DNA of 63,425 nucleotides, filler included, from Octopus bimaculoides (taxonomy: Eukaryota): NCBI RefSeq assembly GCF_001194135.2. It is 5 parts of 5 records of this genome, joined end to end, with 100 filler letters (N's around TTAATTAATTAA, not from the genome) between each part and the next. Parts side by side here need not be neighbours in the genome. Positions count along the whole stretch, not along the records: positions 1 to 6,466 come from NC_069003.1; positions 6,567 to 28,078 come from NC_068985.1; 3 more parts are not named here. One strand, 5' to 3'. The position numbers were made by a program, and so were the translations under genes. This document shows positions 1 through 9,651 of the stretch, in pieces (position 1 is the stretch's first letter; every line of letters starts with the position of its first letter). Below the pieces are notes generated by a model that searched no databases, had not been told where the DNA came from, and saw nothing but the letters and a program-made list of their open reading frames with translations.

Positions 1-74
1 TATATATATATATATATATATATATGTATACATACATATATAATATATATGCCCATACATATATATGCTTATAT

Positions 75-405
75 AAGAGCAAAATTAAAAGTAATGCAAT
101 AAGGGACCTAACTTCGTTTTTAACTGACACAATTCGCTCAAATTGCGTATCTTGCTAGAGACACATTGTTCTTCTGTACAAACCATACTACACCACCTAG
201 TCTCTGTCCCAAGCGATATATTTGCCTCATCGTTGAACTCAACGCTCGAATCCTCGTTGAAAAACTGCTTATGTCTGCTGTTGTCCCCACTACTTCACCA
301 CGACTTTCACCTCGTTTGTATCAAGCCGTTGTCTCCGAAGGCTGTCCTGCAGTGAATCGAACTGACGGAAGTCAGAGGGCTATATCCCACATAATTAGAT
401 GATTA
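75..405 (-). mobile_element. Mariner transposase C-terminal relic
   Basis: Minus strand decodes, with frameshifts, to DIAxSDF..F.SL.DSLR.QR..TNEVK.VV..W..QQ...FFNEG...L.QRW.KYI, matching the (Y)SPDLAPxDF-to-end part of mariner transposases. Confidence 0.6.
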
Positions 406-700
406 CCCATTGCAAAAAAAGCGTTTATACGTTTTCACTAAAACTACTTTTGTAATAGATGCCTTCCATGTTTATGTGTGTTTTACACATGTGATACTAA
501 AGATATGAATATAATATGTGTTTTGTTTTACATGTGAACAGATAGACATATCCCATAATCTGTTGATAACAACGGAAAATGTCTTCTAAATGTGTTTTCG
601 GAAACAAATGATATTTCAATAATTAATCATGCTTCGATGTATTTAAATGTATTTTTTTGCTTATATGTTGTCACGCTACTTCTGGTTCTTAAATTGTCTG

Positions 701-930
701 AATAATGATGATCCTTTCTTCTATAGGTATAAGACCTGAAATTTTGATTGAGAATGGGGGCTGGTTGATTACATAGACCCCCAATGCTCAACTGGTAATT
801 ATTTCATCGACCCCGAAAGGGGTGAAAGGCAAAGTTGACCTTGTCGGAATTTGAACTGAGGACGTGAAAACGGACGAAGTGCAGCTAAGCATTTTTGCCT
901 GCATCCAACGATTCTTCAGGTTCATCCCCT
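701..930 (-). mobile_element. tRNA-type SINE, family A (Octopus OK-like)
   Basis: Reverse complement of the consensus ...GAGTTCAAATTCCGCCGAGGTCGACTTTGCCTTTCATCCTTTCGGGGTCGAT...GGCCTTGTGCCTATAGTAGAAAGGAT, seen more than 15 times in the window. Confidence 0.85.
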
Positions 931-958
931 AATAATAATAATGATAATTATAATAATA

Positions 959-1022
<64 letters not shown>

Positions 1023-1059
1023 CAACAATAATAATAATAGTAATAACAATAACAATAAC

Positions 1060-1091
<32 letters not shown>

Positions 1092-1116
1092 TGATAATAA
1101 AAAATAATAATGATAA

Positions 1117-1181
<65 letters not shown>

Positions 1182-1186
1182 TAATA

Positions 1187-1248
<62 letters not shown>

Positions 1249-1263
1249 AATAATAATAATAAT
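931..1263. repeat. Compound microsatellite (AAT)n/(AAC)n/(GAT)n
   Basis: Directly visible; it generates the poly-N/I/Y/M ORFs in the track. Confidence 0.98.
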
Positions 1264-2040
1264 ATACATGTATTTCTATCAATCTTTCTACCTGTATAAG
1301 TATGTACTCTATATTCTATGTATGTATACTCCACAGCATCTGGTTCTCTGTTAGTATACTCACAACTTTTCTCACTAGTATACTCACAACTCGCTCTTTT
1401 CTCTTTCTTACCTTATATGTGTGTATGTTTACACATAGATACATACATGCTTGCACACACAAACACGCACCACCCACATATACGTCACGTTTCAACCAAA
1501 TATGAAAATAACAAGTTCCTATTGCATTAAAATCCCTTTAAACTCTTCTAACCCGTGTTTTCTCCTCTATCATATCTCGCAAACAACATGGCTTCGTCCA
1601 TCTGCAAGATATCGTCTGGATCAAACTTAATCTTTCTTCCTTTCGAGAAAGAAAGAAAAAAGGACGAAAACAAAAGTAAAAAGCAAACTTATCTAAATAG
1701 ATCAATTTATCTAAATACATTACCTTTTATTCAATCATTTTAAACTCAGCAAATTTCGTCTAGATTAAATCTATAAAAATAACTGCCGACTTAAAACTGA
1801 TAAACGTCCACCATATTTGAGTGTCGATAAGTTTTCAGTTTACGCGGAAGATTTAATCTGTTGATAAATTGTTATTTGTATACGTATATTTGTTATGCTT
1901 TTATCTTCATCCATCGACATTTATCTAATTATTCAATTTAAACCTAATGAAATTTCATTTAGATTCCGAATTGGATTAACTTGCAAAATTTCGTGATAGG
2001 AAATCAGATATTAAAAAAAAAAAAAATTATTCAAAATTTC

Positions 2041-2197
2041 TATACCATCCACGGGCCACAGCTGTTTATAAAGACTTGGCTATGTGGCTGTTGGTTACAC
2101 TATTATTATTTATATTTTCTCTTTTAAAATAATAATGGTGAAACCGACAGCCATGTAGCCAACACTTTATAAATAGCTGAGACCCATGGATGGTATA
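2041..2197. repeat. Long imperfect palindrome, MITE-like hairpin
   Basis: 2041-2111 matches the reverse complement of 2127-2197 with about 11 mismatches in 71 nt; TATA at both ends. Confidence 0.85.
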
Positions 2198-2214
2198 AAA
2201 ATTTGGGTAATAAT

Positions 2215-2225
2215 TTTCATTAATA

Positions 2226-2306
<81 letters not shown>

Positions 2307-2419
2307 GATTAAGGCAGCGAGCTGGCAGAAATGCTAGCACGCTGGACGAAATGCCCAGCGGTATTTCGCCTGTCTTTACGTTCTGAGTTCAAATTCCACC
2401 GAGGTTGACTTTGCCTTTC
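2215..2419 (+). mobile_element. (TTA)n array followed by the 5' half of a family A SINE
   Basis: (TTA)n about 2225-2305, then AAGGCAGCGAGCTGGCAGAA...GAGTTCAAATTCCACCGAGGTTGACTTTGCCTTTC. Confidence 0.85.
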
Positions 2420-2518
2420 TTAGCATTTCTTCTTTACGTTCTGAGTACGTACATACATACATATATGCATGCATACATACATACATACATGCATATATGC
2501 ATACATACATAGACACAT

Positions 2519-2553
<35 letters not shown>

Positions 2554-3884
2554 GTATATATGAATGCATACATATACATGTATATACATACAGATACGTA
2601 TATACACACATATGTATAGATACACAAATGCATGCATATATATATATATATATATATATATANNNNNNNNNNNNNNNNNNNNNNNNNNNNNNNNNNNNNN
2701 NNNNNNNNNNNNNNNNNNNNNNNNNNNNNNNNNNNNNNNNNNNNNNNNNNNNNNNNNNNNNNNNNNNNNNNNNNNNNNNNNNNNNNNNNNNNNNNNNNNN
2801 NNNNNNNNNNNNNNNNNNNNNNNNNNNNNNNNNNNNNNNNNNNNNNNNNNNNNNNNNNNNNNNNNNNNNNNNNNNNNNNNNNNNNNNNNNNNNNNNNNNN
2901 NNNNNNNNNNNNNNNNNNNNNNNNNNNNNNNNNNNNNNNNNNNNNNNNNNNNNNNNNNNNNNNNNNNNNNNNNNNNNNNNNNNNNNNNNNNNNNNNNNNN
3001 NNNNNNNNNNNNNNNNNNNNNNNNNNNNNNNNNNNNNNNNNNNNNNNNNNNNNNNNNNNNNNNNNNNNNNNNNNNNNNNNNNNNNNNNNNNNNNNNNNNN
3101 NNNNNNNNNNNNNNNNNNNNNNNNNNNNNNNNNNNNNNNNNNNNNNNNNNNNNNNNNNNNNNNNNNNNNNNNNNNNNNNNNNNNNNNNNNNNNNNNNNNN
3201 NNNNNNNNNNNNNNNNNNNNNNNNNNNNNNNNNNNNNNNNNNNNNNNNNNNNNNNNNNNNNNNNNNNNNNNNNNNNNNNNNNNNNNNNNNNNNNNNNNNN
3301 NNNNNNNNNNNNNNNNNNNNNNNNNNNNNNNNNNNNNNNNNNNNNNNNNNNNNNNNNNNNNNNNNNNNNNNNNNNNNNNNNNNNNNNNNNNNNNNNNNNN
3401 NNNNNNNNNNNNNNNNNNNNNNNNNNNNNNNNNNNNNNNNNNNNNNNNNNNNNNNNNNNNNNNNNNNNNNNNNNNNNNNNTATATATATATATATGCTAC
3501 ATGCTACATGCTACATGTTACATGTTCCACGTTTCAGTCATTTGACTGAGCCTTTGCGTACTTTTACTCTCTTGATAGACTCCGTTTTTGTTCTTTTGTA
3601 TTCCTAATAATCCTCATTAGTAAGGAATGGTTTAATTATCAACACGTACAGAAAATTATTATAGTCACAGCAGTTTAGATGTTAATAATAATTTAGAAAA
3701 CAATGATGTTATGTGAAGAAAAATTGAGAACTACGATAAGGTGAAAACGTTGGACTATTTTTCCTGACTGAAGTAGAAAATGTAGGCAAAACACTATAAT
3801 CGTGGGACCATAGGAACGTCTGCATAAATAGTTTCAGGAGTGGGAATTGAATTGCAGCCGACACGCTTGGGAAATACAGCTTCC

Positions 3885-4260
3885 TTCAAAAAAGTTTAAC
3901 CGTCAAATAACAATAGAATCCAACCTGGTATCTGCCAGGTTCTTGGATGCAATGATGTAGCTAACGACGAATTTCTAAGGCCCCTTTATTAACCTCAATG
4001 ATGAAACACTAAATATATATTCATATCTCAACCATCAGTTAAGTATTATTAAAAAAGTACCCGTAGCAATAGGTAAACGTAGCAGTCTTTTTTCCTTATG
4101 CAGCACGTTTTAGATGACGTAATTTTTCCACCACAAAGAGTATGTAATGGGTACCAGTGAAGTAAATATCATCTGGTTCAATCCACCGTGTAACAAGACT
4201 ATTATAACTGATACAGCAAACGAGTTTCTTTCCTTAAGCAATAAGCATTGCTATTCCCTA
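3885..4260 (+). mobile_element. Penelope-like element relic (RT C-terminus and linker)
   Basis: Decodes to QITIESNLVSARFLD...F.NLNDETL.IYSYLNH..SIIKKVPVAIGKR and NIIWFNPPCNKTIITDTANEFLSL, typical PLE FLD/SNHP/IIWFNPP motifs. Confidence 0.75.
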
Positions 4261-4599
4261 CTAGACTTGGTACTCCGAGTTGCATACATTTTTGCTACAT
4301 TTACATAGTGTGAAAGTTAATGTCTTTGGCACTTGAAGAGACGTGTAAAATCGATGAATTCGATCATCAGATTCTAATGATCATGTAAACACAACTGTAA
4401 ATATGAAGGACTATTTCCCATTTGTTCGCATAAATGATTTGATACACATATAAACATAAGCATATATATCTATAAAAAGATATCTAATATGTATGTACAA
4501 GCCCATTCGTGTGTGTGAGTATGCGCGTGCATGTACGTATGCGCAACGCGTGTGCATGTGCATGTTTTCGCATTGTACGTTGCTTAAATTATTTTATTA

Positions 4600-4638
4600 G
4601 GTCTTGTGTTTTTTATCTCTGTTTCTGTCTAATTTCAG
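4600..4638 (+). promoter_or_regulatory. 3' splice acceptor upstream of the HS3ST CDS; implies an upstream 5'UTR exon
   Basis: Pyrimidine tract gtgtttttttatctctgtttctgtctaatttcAG ending at 4638, 42 nt before the ATG. Confidence 0.7.
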
Positions 4639-4680
4639 AAAATCTACATTAGCTACCTGCTTTCACGTTTGTGGAGTATC

Positions 4681-5607
4681 ATGAAATTTCGATATGGAAA
4701 CATCTATGTTTTGCCGATAGCCATCTTGTTTTGTAACCTGTTGGTTATATTATCCTATTATAGTCTAGTGATTTCCAAGGTCAAAGTGACTCCGATCTAC
4801 ATGAACCAGAAAATCATGAACTGTGATGCAAAGCGACGGCTACCCAGCTGTATTATTATAGGTACACCGAAGTCGGGTACGAAAGCCTTACTTGAGTTTA
4901 TTGGGGTACATCCTTCTGTTGTCATTGCCGAGGGAGAACCGAAACATTTCCACAGAGAAGATAACTACCGGAAAGGGATGAATTTCTACTTGGAGAAAAT
5001 GCCTCTGTCTTGTCCTGATCAAATCACAATAGAAAAATCACCGGAATATTTCTACAGTGACAAAGCACCGATTCGGATAAAACAAATGAACAAAACTATC
5101 AAGCTGATTTTGATTGTTAAAAATCCTGTGGATCGTTCTATATCGGAATACATCCACCGACGATACTACCGCAACCTGAAGGAGATAAAACACACCTTTG
5201 AAGAGCTTGTTTACGATGATAAAATCAACAAACTCAAGACGTCATATTACCCGATTATGAGATCAGTTTACTCCCGGTTTGTCATTCGCTGGTTGCAACA
5301 TTTCCCCTTAAACCAGATCCACGTAGCAGACGGGAGCAAACTGATTGTAGACCCATCGGAAGAGGTGCTCAAAGTTCAAGATTTTCTCGGTCTAAAGAGG
5401 GTGATTTCCAGGGATAACTTTATATATAATAACACCAGGGGATTCTACTGTTTGTTGATAAACTCTGAATCGAAATGTTTGCCACCAAATAAGGGTCACC
5501 GAAACGTAAGCACAAGCAAGGTAATAGCAAAACAAATGGCTAAATACTTCAAACCATATAACGATTTGTTTTTCCAGTTAATACATAAAAATCTATCTTG
5601 GACTTGA
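4681..5607 (+). CDS. HS3ST: Heparan sulfate glucosamine 3-O-sulfotransferase-like protein (HS3ST1/5 type), 308 aa, type II membrane topology, CDS in a single exon
   Basis: Intact ORF from ATG 4681 to TGA 5605-5607. N-terminal hydrophobic anchor IYVLPIAILFCNLLVILSYYSLVI. Motifs RRLPSCIIIGTPKSGTKAL (5'PSB), EKSPEYF, IVKNPVDRSISEY (3'PB), DGSKLIVDP and YNNTRGFYCL..KCL..NKG are colinear with human HS3ST1 (RRLPQTIIIGVRKGGTRAL, EKTPAYF, RDPSERVLSDY, NKTKGFYCL..RCL..SKG). The track's GTG start at 4669 is less likely than ATG 4681. Confidence 0.95.
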   Translation: MKFRYGNIYVLPIAILFCNLLVILSYYSLVISKVKVTPIYMNQKIMNCDAKRRLPSCIIIGTPKSGTKALLEFIGVHPSVVIAEGEPKHFHREDNYRKGMNFYLEKMPLSCPDQITIEKSPEYFYSDKAPIRIKQMNKTIKLILIVKNPVDRSISEYIHRRYYRNLKEIKHTFEELVYDDKINKLKTSYYPIMRSVYSRFVIRWLQHFPLNQIHVADGSKLIVDPSEEVLKVQDFLGLKRVISRDNFIYNNTRGFYCLLINSESKCLPPNKGHRNVSTSKVIAKQMAKYFKPYNDLFFQLIHKNLSWT

Positions 5608-5612
5608 ATAAA
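5607..5612 (+). terminator. Candidate polyadenylation signal AATAAA overlapping the stop codon
   Basis: tgAATAAA directly at the HS3ST stop; usage unverified. Confidence 0.3.
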
Positions 5613-6164
5613 ATATATACAGCATGAAAAGAAATCCAGAATCAGGTGAAAAAAAAAAGATGGCCAAGAAGAGCAACAAAATCTTTAGCAAAAAGAAAAC
5701 AAAACAAATGAACAAATATAAACTATTTTAAAAATTATTTTTTTTGTGTGTTGTTTTGATTATGAAGGCGAAACTAAAATAATGCGTCAGATAATGTCCC
5801 TTATGTTCAAAATATACAGAACGCATTTCGTTTTGTTTCTGAACAGCTTGCTGCACTCGAAGTATCTCTATTCACCTTAGCTAGATGGAAATAGGCACCA
5901 GATAGTTTTATATGTACAATACTTCTTTTTTTGTTGTTGTTTTGTTAGAAGAATAGACCCTAATACTGCCGAATCACAACAGCTTATTGGAAGTCATATA
6001 AGGTTTGGATTCCACTATCATCAGAAAGATAGAAAAGCTGTCGGCAGAAGATAGCGTGTGACTGATAGATTTCTATGGAAAGTGTGGTTCTTGACACAAC
6101 CTGTAGAAAGAACGTGCGTAGGAACAGTAAGACCACATTTCGGTGGTAGTATAATGTCCTAAGC

Positions 6165-6345
6165 ACAGATGTGGTTGTTTGATGAAGAGATACATTTTGC
6201 AAGTACGTAGATCTGGGTTCGATTGCACTGCGCGGCACCTAGGCCAAGAGTCTGCTAACAGAGACTCAAATAAATCAAATAAATCAACAACTTGCAAATG
6301 AAGTTTGGTAAGTGGAAACTGTAATGAAGTACCACGAATATTCGT
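6165..6345 (+). mobile_element. Degenerate SINE family B (OR-like) 5' part
   Basis: gtggttgtttgatgaag...ctgggttcgattgcactgcgcggcacctaggccaag...tttggtaagtggaaactg aligns to the full copy at 21333. Confidence 0.6.
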
Positions 6346-6394
6346 GTGTCTGCTTGTGTACATTTATATACACACATACATATGTATACATACA

Positions 6395-6466
<72 letters not shown>

Positions 6467-6566
6467 NNNNNNNNNNNNNNNNNNNNNNNNNNNNNNNNNN
6501 NNNNNNNNNNTTAATTAATTAANNNNNNNNNNNNNNNNNNNNNNNNNNNNNNNNNNNNNNNNNNNN

Positions 6567-6609
<43 letters not shown>

Positions 6610-6614
6610 AATTT

Positions 6615-7126
6615 TCTATTAGTGACAGAAGCAGTATTAGTTCAGAATAGCAAGTTGTGCATCATGCTTAAAACAAGTAGAGTGTTGAAAGCCTCAAGAA
6701 ACTGTGGTGTTTGTCTCAAGTAAGCATCTCTTATAGAGGTATTGTGTAATAAGAAAACACAAAAATATAACAGTTGCAGACGAAAATTGTCCAACAGCTG
6801 TGCTAGCATTGCCAAATAAGTATCTCTACCTCTTTGATCCTCATTAGTAGCAAGCATGCTAAGAACAATCAGCCGCTTGTGATATAGTGAAACAGTCAGC
6901 AAGTTGAATAATAATTCATTATTAACGACAGTAACGGTATTAGTTCAATCTGGGCAATCTGTGTATCAGACTAAAAGCAGAAAGCAGCGGAAATACGTAT
7001 TCAGCAATGAGATGACTGCTGCTGGACGATTTTCGCTCGCTATTAATGTATTTCTGTGTTTCTTAACACTATACGTCTATGACGGATGCTTTCTCGAGAC
7101 GAGTACGCTGTTTACAAGGCTTTCAA
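6615..7126. repeat. Degenerate direct plus inverted duplication (X-Y-Z-X'-inverted Y')
   Basis: About 6616-6680 resembles 6916-6985 (direct); 6685-6826 resembles the reverse complement of 6990-7126 (roughly 70% by eye). Confidence 0.7.
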
Positions 7127-7184
7127 TAATGCATTTGCTTATATGTATGCATATGTCTATATGTCACATCTGCTGCTAAATAGT

Positions 7185-7215
<31 letters not shown>

Positions 7216-7329
7216 GTGTATGTGTATGTGTGTGTGTGTGCGTGCGTGCGCGTGTGTGTATATGTATATATATATATGTGTATATTCATGTATGTATATA
7301 TATATATGTATATATATATATTTATACGT

Positions 7330-7683
7330 ATATATTTATATAAAGGGCATTATTACAGAAAATAATAACGCCACACAGTGGACTTCTCAAAATAACCACA
7401 TTTAGTACCTAATGCGAGGAAAAACAACCAACAGAAGACGACCAACTTTCTTTTAAATAAACTTAACTGTGTATCGGCCGATTTCGTGATTACTAGAATG
7501 AATCTAGATTTCGTTCATCAGTACAGTATTGTCCCAAAAATATATATAAATAAACAGAATTCTCACCTCACCCAAAACGAACACACTACGTATCCGACAG
7601 AGTAAAGGGAATGAAGTTTATCTGTATATATCTTCATCAAAGAAGCGGGAATACTTCCGGGTTGCTTCTGGGTATCCATGTGG
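7330..7683 (-). mobile_element. Penelope-like element 3' end (pLTR)
   Basis: Hammerhead motif followed by a T-rich tail; upstream decoding ...IY.DKLH.L resembles the end of a GIY-YIG ORF. Confidence 0.55.
7466..7527 (-). ncRNA. Minimal type I hammerhead ribozyme motif
   Basis: Minus strand: ACTGTA CTGATGA acgaaatCTAGAttcatTCTAGtaatcac GAAA TCGGCCGA TA CACAGT. Intact CUGAUGA and GAAA, palindromic stem III, AUA site, 5-bp stem I with an A-C mismatch at the pair next to the core. Confidence 0.7.
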
Positions 7684-8125
7684 NNNNNNNNNNNNNNNNN
7701 NNNNNNNNNNNNNNNNNNNNNNNNNNNNNNNNNNNNNNNNNNNNNNNNNNNNNNNNNNNNNNNNNNNNNNNNNNNNNNNNNNNNNNNNNNNNNNNNNNNN
7801 NNNNNNNNNNNNNNNNNNNNNNNNNNNNNNNNNNNNNNNNNNNNNNNNNNNNNNNNNNNNNNNNNNNNNNNNNNNNNNNNNNNNNNNNNNNNNNNNNNNN
7901 NNNNNNNNNNNNNNNNNNNNNNNNNNNNNNNNNNNNNNNNNNNNNNNNNNNNNNNNNNNNNNNNNNNNNNNNNNNNNNNNNNNNNNNNNNNNNNNNNNNN
8001 NNNNNNNNNNNNNNNNNNNNNNNNNNNNNNNNNNNNNNNNNNNNNNNNNNNNNNNNNNNNNNNNNNNNNNNNNNNNNNNNNNNNNNNNNNNNNNNNNNNN
8101 NNNNNNNNNNNNNNNNNNNNNNNNN

Positions 8126-8187
<62 letters not shown>

Positions 8188-8542
8188 TCAAGCAGTGATA
8201 CGTGCAAACTAAAGAGTACTCAATGCGCATGCAGAGTAAATTTCATTATTATGTTAAAGTCATTGTCTATAGCATATAAACAATTACCGAATGGTATATC
8301 AACAATGAAAGGTTTCAAATGGTGATAGTTTTTGATTGCCATTCAGCAGAACAGGGTATTAAGTTGTACAATTCCAAAATAACATTCTTATCGTTGGTGT
8401 TTTGCGGCACAGAACAACGTGGTCTTAAGGTTTATTATCTTATTATTCAGATCCTTTATGTTCGTCTTATTGATCACATCTTATTCAGTAGCTCAACCGA
8501 TCTCTATTGCTCTTTGTGGTTTCCTAGGAAGAATTTATCTTA

Positions 8543-8991
8543 GCGGAATTCTGGTTTAAGCATCTCATATAACTCCGCTTAATTTTTTTATTTTTTTGAA
8601 TTTTCAATAAATTTTTACGAATTTGTGTTATACGCACGCGAATTCATGCGATTATGGAAAAAAAAATTGTGTATAGCTGTAATTTTTAGCACACCTCACG
8701 ACCACCTGATACCTTCCTCGTTTCTTTGTCACTCTGACATATATTGATGTTTTTCACTATTTTGATTTAATGGAATGCTGATGTACCTAAGGGTGGTCCG
8801 CTGCTAGGATTTAAGCAAAAAATTCGGACTGTACTTTAAACTCTGATTTTCGAAAAATTCGTAAAAGAGTGAAACTTTTAGAATTTAGAGAGAGGGTGGA
8901 TAAAATATTTTTAAAAATTTATTTTCCATAATCGTATGAATTCCTGTGTGTAGATATGTAAGAATATGGGCTGCTTAAACCAGAATTCCGC
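8543..8991. mobile_element. Non-autonomous DNA transposon (MITE) with terminal and subterminal inverted repeats
   Basis: GCGGAATTCTGGTTTAAGCATCTCATAT at 8543 versus reverse complement GCGGAATTCTGGTTTAAGCAGCCCATAT ending at 8991 (26/28). Second pair GAATTCATGCGATTATGGAAAA at 8640 versus about 8915-8943. Confidence 0.8.
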
Positions 8992-9227
8992 CCTCATTTT
9001 AATGATAGCATATTCGTTATTCTGTTTAAAGTATAAATTTTGTAACTCGGTGGTATTTCTTACCAGTATGAAGTCAGCATAGCTTCGTTACATTTATGCA
9101 TGATATGCTGTAATCGGTGTTTGACCAGTTTATATTGAAGTTGTCGAAAATTGTATAGCCCCGTTGAATGTCATTCACACCTGGATGTGTATGTAAAAAT
9201 GACTGAGTTAATAATTTTTTAAACTGC

Positions 9228-9486
9228 TTTCTAGTACAATATTTCTTTTGTTTCTCTAGTACAAGTTTCTAGTAGTACTAGTACAATATTTCTAGTTGTA
9301 CAATATTAGTACAATATTTCTTTTGTTTCTAGTATAATATTTCTTTTGTTTCTCCGCAAATAGTACTCGTACAATATTTCTGGTACGATATTTCTTTTGT
9401 AGTACAATATTTCTTTTGTTTCTCCGCAAATCTAGTACAATAGTACTACTAGTACTAGTACAATATTTCTTTTGTTTCTCCGCAAA
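9228..9486. repeat. Degenerate minisatellite built on TACAATATTTCTTTTGTTTCTCCGCAAA and CTAGTA modules
   Basis: About six recurrences of (g)tacaatatttc, several followed by ttttgtttctccgcaaa. Confidence 0.85.
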
Positions 9487-9597
9487 TCACATAATTTACT
9501 TCTGTCTCGCAGGTAATAGCTTTCGTTAAACAATTTTCATCAATGATATACATCTGTTTAGTCTAATTACATTCAACCAGTTATTTGTTATATGAAT

Positions 9598-9651
9598 ATC
9601 TTTCGCAAGTTATCTGAATCTCTTTCGCAAGTTATCTGAATCTCTTTCGCA
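9598..9651. repeat. 21-bp tandem repeat (TCTTTCGCAAGTTATCTGAATC-like), about 2.5 units
   Basis: Directly visible. Confidence 0.85.

Noticed and set aside
895-1354. Long low-complexity ORFs (poly-N/I/Y/H; also the CV, HT, YI, MYVC and X-filled ORFs elsewhere)
   Set aside because: Translations of microsatellites or N gaps.
5995-6030. CTGATGA on the minus strand with a nearby CAAAC
   Set aside because: No GAAA and no stems I or III.
6467-6566. TTAATTAATTAA inside N runs (also near 28123, 53720 and 60982)
   Set aside because: A 100-nt scaffolding placeholder with six-frame stops, not biological sequence.
6642-6902. 86-aa minus-strand ORF that looks helical
   Set aside because: No recognisable domain or splice context; it lies inside the duplicated and inverted block.
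9228-9486. CRISPR-like repeat array (also considered for 34881 and 22620)
   Set aside because: Eukaryotic context, no unique spacers and no cas genes; these are minisatellites.
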